This document shows, one piece after another, positions 58,101 to 62,572 of a stretch of 62,572 nucleotides of DNA. The notes under the pieces were generated by a model. That model was not told where the DNA came from, did no database searches, and was given only the letters and a program-made list of their open reading frames with translations. Every line of letters starts with the position of its first letter. Position 1 is the stretch's first letter. Source of the stretch: an uncultured Myxococcales bacterium (lineage in GTDB: Bacteria; Myxococcota_A; Polyangia; Fen-1088); the NCBI GenBank assembly GCA_964431675.1, contig CAYSKR010000110.1, positions 1-62,572 on the forward strand, written 5' to 3'. The position numbers were made by a program, and so were the translations under genes.

Positions 58101-58584
58101 CGACTTCGCCGAGTTCGGCAAGAAGTACGGCGACGTGTCGATGGTGCCGACCGACGTGACGTTCTACGGCCTCGCCAAGGGCGAAGAGACCGAGGTCGAG
58201 ATTGAAAAGGGCAAGACGCTCTTCATTCGCCTGGTCGCCATCAGCGAGCCGAACGAACGCGGCGTGCGCACGTTGTTCTTCGACCTGAACGGGCACCCAC
58301 GCGAAGTTTCGGTGCTCGACCGAAAGTTCGGCAAGGAGGCGCCCGCGCGCCCCAAGGCCGTTCGCGAAAACCTGCATCACCTTGGCGCGCCGATGCCAGG
58401 AACCATCGTCGAGGTGAAGGTCAAACCAGGAGATCCGGTCACCGAGCATCAGAAACTGGTCGTGCTCGAAGCGATGAAGATGGAGATGACGCTGTCCTCG
58501 CCGCTCGCGGGCGTGATCAAAGAGATCCACGTCAAGGCAAAAGATCGCGTCGACGCCGGCGATCTCGTGATCGTGTTCGAGTAG
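55141..58584 (+). CDS. pyc: pyruvate carboxylase (single-chain)
   Basis: [30 protein letters not shown]... (biotin carboxylase), a carboxyltransferase domain, and C-terminal biotinyl motif LEAMKME. The upstream 186 codons of ORF 54583..58584 are not protein-like. Confidence 0.95.
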   Translation: [1147 protein letters not shown]

Positions 58585-58667
58585 GATCTGCGTCACTGCA
58601 TAGGTGGCGCGAGCGGTGAAACGGCACCAGCGCGCGGGCGATTAAGCGATCAAGGGCTATAGTCGCC

Positions 58668-59206
58668 GTGATGCCAGCCCCGTCGTTCGCCCTGGTCGCG
58701 GCTCTGTTCGCCGCCGCCGCAGCCACACCACCACCCGCGTCAGTGGTGCATCCGGGCGCCGATCCTTCCTCGGACGACCCGGCACCTGGCACGGTGGGCA
58801 GCCACAACATGCACGTCGAGCTGCATGAGTTCATCCAGCCGCAATATCAGTGGCACGACGATGCCGATTCGGGCCTTGATCCGGTCACCGGCGCGCCGCT
58901 CGAGACGAGTCGTTTCGTCATCCGCCGAGCGCGTCTATCCGCCACCGCCACCGCCACCGCTCCCCGCACCCGGTTCTACGTCCAGTTGGACTGGTCGTCC
59001 GGGGCGACGATTTTCGCGTGACCGCGAACGCCGGCGGCATCTGCCCAGCGGCCGCTGTCAGCACCGGCCGCACCACCGTCGGCGGCGGATTTCTCATCTA
59101 CCTGTCCTCGGCCCTGCGCAGCATGATCGTGCTTGAACACGCCAAGGAGCGGACCGCGCCCGGCGCAACCAACTACGCCACGGCGACCCTGCAGGGCCGG
59201 TTTTAG
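58668..59206 (+). pseudogene. possible remnant of a phosphate-selective-porin-like outer-membrane protein
   Basis: The N-terminal piece has a signal peptide and FVIRRARL...FYVQLDW (porin O/P-like). The frame breaks at 59019-59021. A different frame ends ...NYATATLQGRF with a terminal aromatic residue. The total length is far too short for a barrel. Confidence 0.3.
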
Positions 59207-59270
59207 CTAAACCCTCGCCGCAGACATCTGGGCTTCGGCCCATCGGGCAGCCACGGCGCGGGGCCCGCGC

Positions 59271-60119
59271 TTACAGCGCAATGGTCAGGCCCTCGGCGGC
59301 ACCGATGACGTCGCAGTTGCCGCCACGCGACGCCATCAGGCTCTGCGCCCGAGTCACCACCTCGTCGACGTCGTGGTCGGTGTAGTCCTGTTCATAGTGG
59401 AACAGCGCCAGCTTGCGCGCCCCCGCGCCGACGGCGGCGGCGACGGCGTCCTCGAACGAGGACAGCCCGCGGTCAAGGAGCCCGGCTCTGTCTTCCGGGG
59501 TGTACGTGCTGTCGTGAATCAGCAAATCCGCGCCCCGGTAGTGCGCGATGGCCGCTGCGTCCGGACCGCCAGCGCCGTAGCCCACGTCGCTCGCGTACAC
59601 CAGCGTCTTGTCGGCTTCCTCGATGCGGAACGACAGCGCGCCGGTTTGACCGTGTGGGTTGCCGCGCGAACGGATGGTCGCCGCGCCGACGCGGAACACC
59701 TTGCCCTCGTCCACCGCATGCAGGCGGATGCCAGCGCCCATGTTGCGGAAGCTCTGCACCGGGAAGAACTGCGCGGCCATCTGCCCTTCCAAAATTTGCT
59801 CCAGCAACATCGGGTTCTTCGCCCCGCCGTAAATGTCGAACATGTTCCCGGGAACGTAAAACGGACCAAAGAACGGGAAGCCCTGAATGTGATCCCAGTG
59901 CGCGTGCGACAGCAACAGCGCGGCCTTGCCCTGACCCCGGCCGAACGGGCCCGCCGCCAGCGCCAGGCCGAGGTTGCGCGCCCCTGTTCCACAGTCGATC
60001 ACGATCAGCGCGCCGCTGGCGAGCTCCACCGCAACGCACGACGTGTTTCCCCCATAGCGAACGGTGCCCGGGCCGGGTGACGGTATCGATCCGCGCACGC
60101 CCCAGAAGGTGACCTTCAT
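59271..60119 (-). CDS. MBL-fold metallo-hydrolase
   Basis: MKVTFWGVRGSIPSPG...GGNTSCV...LLSHAHWDHIQGFPFF (HxHxDH). Confidence 0.8.
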   Translation of the reverse strand: MKVTFWGVRGSIPSPGPGTVRYGGNTSCVAVELASGALIVIDCGTGARNLGLALAAGPFGRGQGKAALLLSHAHWDHIQGFPFFGPFYVPGNMFDIYGGAKNPMLLEQILEGQMAAQFFPVQSFRNMGAGIRLHAVDEGKVFRVGAATIRSRGNPHGQTGALSFRIEEADKTLVYASDVGYGAGGPDAAAIAHYRGADLLIHDSTYTPEDRAGLLDRGLSSFEDAVAAAVGAGARKLALFHYEQDYTDHDVDEVVTRAQSLMASRGGNCDVIGAAEGLTIAL

Positions 60120-61051
60120 GAGGTCTTCCCCAGCGCCAGGTCCAGGCCTTCAAACGCGGCGATGACTTCAATGCCGCCGCCTGCCGTACGCGCGAGATTG
60201 CCGGCGTCGGCCAGCATCGCGTCCACTTCGGCGTCGGATCGCTCGGGCGCATGATGGAACAGCGCCACCTTGCGCGCACCCGCCTCCTTGGCGATCTCGA
60301 TGGCGTCGGCGGGGCGCGAATGGCCGAAGTGGGGCATCAGGCGATAGTCCTCGGCGGTGAACATGGTGTCGTAAATCACCAGATCTGATCCCTCGCACAG
60401 ACGCGCCACCGCAGCGCGCATCGCCGCCAGCTTATCGCGATCTCCTGGCGGCAGTTCGTGATCGGGCGGAGGCGGTGCGCCGATGAATTCCTCACCGAAC
60501 AGAATGTGGCTGAACGGCGCGGTATCGGCCACGTAGCTCACCCGTGCGCCATCGACGGTCAGGGCGTACGCGGTCGCCAGGTACGGATGGTTGAGCCGTG
60601 CGGTGACAACCTGGACGTCATCGATCGAAAATTTCTCATCGTCGCCGAGCCCCTGAAAATCCACGTCGGCGCGGGTGTCGTCAAACGCGATCGGAAAGTA
60701 GGGCGCCTCGTTCTGGGTCGCAAACACCGCCCGCAAGTGGACGTCGTCACGCTCGCGCGCGTACACCATCAGGCGGTTGCCGGCCTCGTAAAGCGGAGCG
60801 AAAAACGGCATGCCCTGGATGTGATCCCAGTGCGTGTGGCTGATGAGAATGTGCGCGGTTCCCTTACCCTCGCGAAACTCCGTGCGCATGAGTTCCTGCC
60901 CCAGGCGGCGGATCCCCGTCCCGGCATCGATGATGATCCGGGTGCCCGCCGCCGACTGGACCTCGACGCACGACGTGTTGCCGCCGTAGCGCTCGGTCTT
61001 AAGCCCCGGCACGGGCAATGACCCACGGACGCCCCAGAAGCGGACTCTCAT
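60116..61051 (-). CDS. MBL-fold metallo-hydrolase (tandem paralog)
   Basis: MRVRFWGVRGSLPVPG...GGNTSCV...LISHTHWDHIQGMPFF. 4-nt overlap with the downstream paralog. Confidence 0.8.
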   Translation of the reverse strand: MRVRFWGVRGSLPVPGLKTERYGGNTSCVEVQSAAGTRIIIDAGTGIRRLGQELMRTEFREGKGTAHILISHTHWDHIQGMPFFAPLYEAGNRLMVYARERDDVHLRAVFATQNEAPYFPIAFDDTRADVDFQGLGDDEKFSIDDVQVVTARLNHPYLATAYALTVDGARVSYVADTAPFSHILFGEEFIGAPPPPDHELPPGDRDKLAAMRAAVARLCEGSDLVIYDTMFTAEDYRLMPHFGHSRPADAIEIAKEAGARKVALFHHAPERSDAEVDAMLADAGNLARTAGGGIEVIAAFEGLDLALGKTS

Positions 61052-61221
61052 CAGAGTGCCACTATAACCTGTACCCCAGAATCTGTGGCTGACCGCCTTG
61101 CAGGGGCTTCAGCTACTTACCGGTCGCTGCGGAACCCCTGGCAGTCGCGGAGTCGCCCCCGATGCATCCGTACTGCCGACCCCCTCCCAAGCAAGAAGGA
61201 TTAGTGATAAAATCCATACCA

Positions 61222-61797
61222 ATGTCAACCTTGCGTTGTTCGAGTGTGATCCTGTTTGGTGCCCTGGCGCTCGCTTGCGGGAAGTCGCGGCCGCCACCTG
61301 CGCCCGCGGCACCTGCCGCCACAACCGCCACGGATCCGGTGTTCAATGCGCGCTGGTCGTCGCTCGCGCAGACCGGTACCGAGGCGATCTACATCGAGGA
61401 CGATCGTGGCGAGGGCCTCATGGGCAACGTGCGTCGCGCGCCGCGCCCAGCGCCCCCGACGCTCGATCCGACGAATCAGCTCTTGCCGACGAATCAGCTC
61501 TTGCCGCCCGCGCCCGCCGGCGAGGAAGTGGCGCGGGTGATTCATTCGAATCTACCGGCAGTGAAGGGTTGCTACATGACGATGGCGCGCTCGGGTTCCA
61601 CCCGATCGGGCAAGGCGATCGTCAGCTTCGAGATCGGTGCCGATGGTCGGCCTGCCGCAGTGCGGGTGGACGCGCCTTCGTTTGACGGCACGCCGCTGTC
61701 GGGTTGTGTCGTCGCCCAGGTGAACCGCTGGGCGTTTCCAAAGTCGCAGAAGGGCGGGGGGGCGGTCAGCTATCCATTCGTGTTCGTCGGTAGCTGA
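61222..61797 (+). CDS. lipoprotein with AgmX/PglI-type (TonB-C-like) C-terminal domain
   Basis: ATG 61222 gives MSTLRCSSVILFGALALACG (lipobox). C-terminus ...VKGCYMTM...GCVVAQVNRWAFPKSQKGGGAVSYPFVFVGS. Confidence 0.7.
   Translation: MSTLRCSSVILFGALALACGKSRPPPAPAAPAATTATDPVFNARWSSLAQTGTEAIYIEDDRGEGLMGNVRRAPRPAPPTLDPTNQLLPTNQLLPPAPAGEEVARVIHSNLPAVKGCYMTMARSGSTRSGKAIVSFEIGADGRPAAVRVDAPSFDGTPLSGCVVAQVNRWAFPKSQKGGGAVSYPFVFVGS
61468..61503 (+). repeat. perfect 18-nt in-frame tandem duplication (PTNQLL x2)
   Basis: ccgacgaatcagctcttg occurs twice in tandem. Confidence 0.9.
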
Positions 61798-61810
61798 AAG
61801 CGCCTGACGC

Positions 61811-62428
61811 ATGACCAGGCAACTTCCGGCCGTCGCTGCGGTCGTGTGGGGATCGGCTGCGATCTTGTTTGCGGAGGTCGGCTGTCATGGTTTAAAGCCA
61901 CCGGCTCCTCCGGCGGTGCCTGCCGAGCAGGCGCAAGCTCTTGTGCCCGCGAATCCCAAGTTCGACGAGGCCTGGCGTTCTCTCGGAGCGCGTGCCGGGG
62001 TCGCGGCCGAAGTTTTCTACATCGAGGACGATCGCGGCGAGGGCCTGATGGGCCGCGTCCGCCGCGCCGCAAGAGCGGTGCCCAAACCGGCACCGCCGCC
62101 TGAAAACGAAGCACCCCCCACGCACACAGGCGACCCCGAGGTTCCCGACGGCGAGGAAGTGTCGTCCGTGGTGCGCGCGAATCTGCCCAGCATCAAGGCG
62201 TGCTACCTGCGCATGACCCGCGCGGGCACGTTGATCTCGGGCCGCGCCATCATCAACTTTACCGTCGACAAAACTGGATCCGTGGGCAACGTCCTGGTGG
62301 ACGCACCGGTGTTTCGCGACACCGATCTGCCTCGTTGCGTGAGTCAGCAGGTGGCGCGCTGGGCATTCCCGAAGTCGCGCAGGGGTGGCCTCGCGGTCAG
62401 CTACCCGTTCGTGTTTGTCGGCGGCTGA
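61811..62428 (+). CDS. lipoprotein with AgmX/PglI-type C-terminal domain (tandem paralog)
   Basis: MTRQLPAVAAVVWGSAAILFAEVGC. Shares YIEDDRGEGLMG.VRRA and the C-terminus ...IKACYLRM...RCVSQQVARWAFPKSRRGGLAVSYPFVFVGG with the upstream gene. Confidence 0.7.
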   Translation: MTRQLPAVAAVVWGSAAILFAEVGCHGLKPPAPPAVPAEQAQALVPANPKFDEAWRSLGARAGVAAEVFYIEDDRGEGLMGRVRRAARAVPKPAPPPENEAPPTHTGDPEVPDGEEVSSVVRANLPSIKACYLRMTRAGTLISGRAIINFTVDKTGSVGNVLVDAPVFRDTDLPRCVSQQVARWAFPKSRRGGLAVSYPFVFVGG

Positions 62429-62431
62429 GAG

Positions 62432-62572
62432 CTACCGCGCCTTGGGCTCTTGCCAGTAGAAAACCGTGATCGCGAGGCAGTGGAACGCCTCGTCCGAGGA
62501 CTGCGTCACGATGGTGTCGGCGATCTGGCAATCCTGGTGGTCCCGGATCCAGGTGGTGACTTTATCACCAAG
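62432..62572 (-). CDS. 3' end of an unidentified CDS running off the window
   Basis: Open frame to the window edge, ending ...HCLAITVFYWQEPKAR then stop (plus cta 62432-62434). Too short to identify. Confidence 0.3.
   Translation of the reverse strand, partial: LGDKVTTWIRDHQDCQIADTIVTQSSDEAFHCLAITVFYWQEPKAR

Overview
This is a very GC-rich bacterial chromosomal segment. The gene content points to a myxobacterium (Myxococcota): Glt/Nfs-type TPR and TonB-C-like envelope genes, PilZ, FHA-DUF4388, an FmdB zinc-ribbon gene ahead of groESL, and many lipoproteins. I cannot name a species. I support about 55 protein-coding genes. I see no rRNA, tRNA, CRISPR array or intact mobile element.

Housekeeping anchors:
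- groES-groEL
- rplU-rpmA-obg
- hisD
- pyruvate carboxylase

The most interesting region is a co-directional minus-strand gene string of about 16 kb (19945-35919). It starts with a set of periplasmic TPR, coiled-coil and TonB-C-like proteins. Their sizes, architectures and order mirror the Myxococcus GltC-D-E-F-G-H / NfsC-H envelope machines. It then runs without a strand change into an outer-membrane beta-barrel, a short Wza-like (OPX) polysaccharide export protein, and a WbpB/WbpE/WbpD-like amino-sugar pathway plus a UDP-glucuronate decarboxylase.

Other notable items:
- An orphan FlhA/SctV (FHIPEP) gene tightly packed (3-nt and 1-nt gaps) with a lipoprotein M16 peptidase and an MFS transporter.
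- A five-gene overlapping operon headed by a TlyA-THUMP methyltransferase fusion.
- Two paralogous GT-C membrane glycosyltransferases.
- Tandem lipoproteins carrying the same C-terminal domain as the GltG-like protein.
- A gene frameshifted at a 9-nt homopolymer.
- Decayed vapBC and porin remnants.

Many long ORFs in the supplied track are antisense or upstream-extension artefacts of the high G+C content and were rejected. All functional calls come from motif and architecture recognition by eye. No database search was run.
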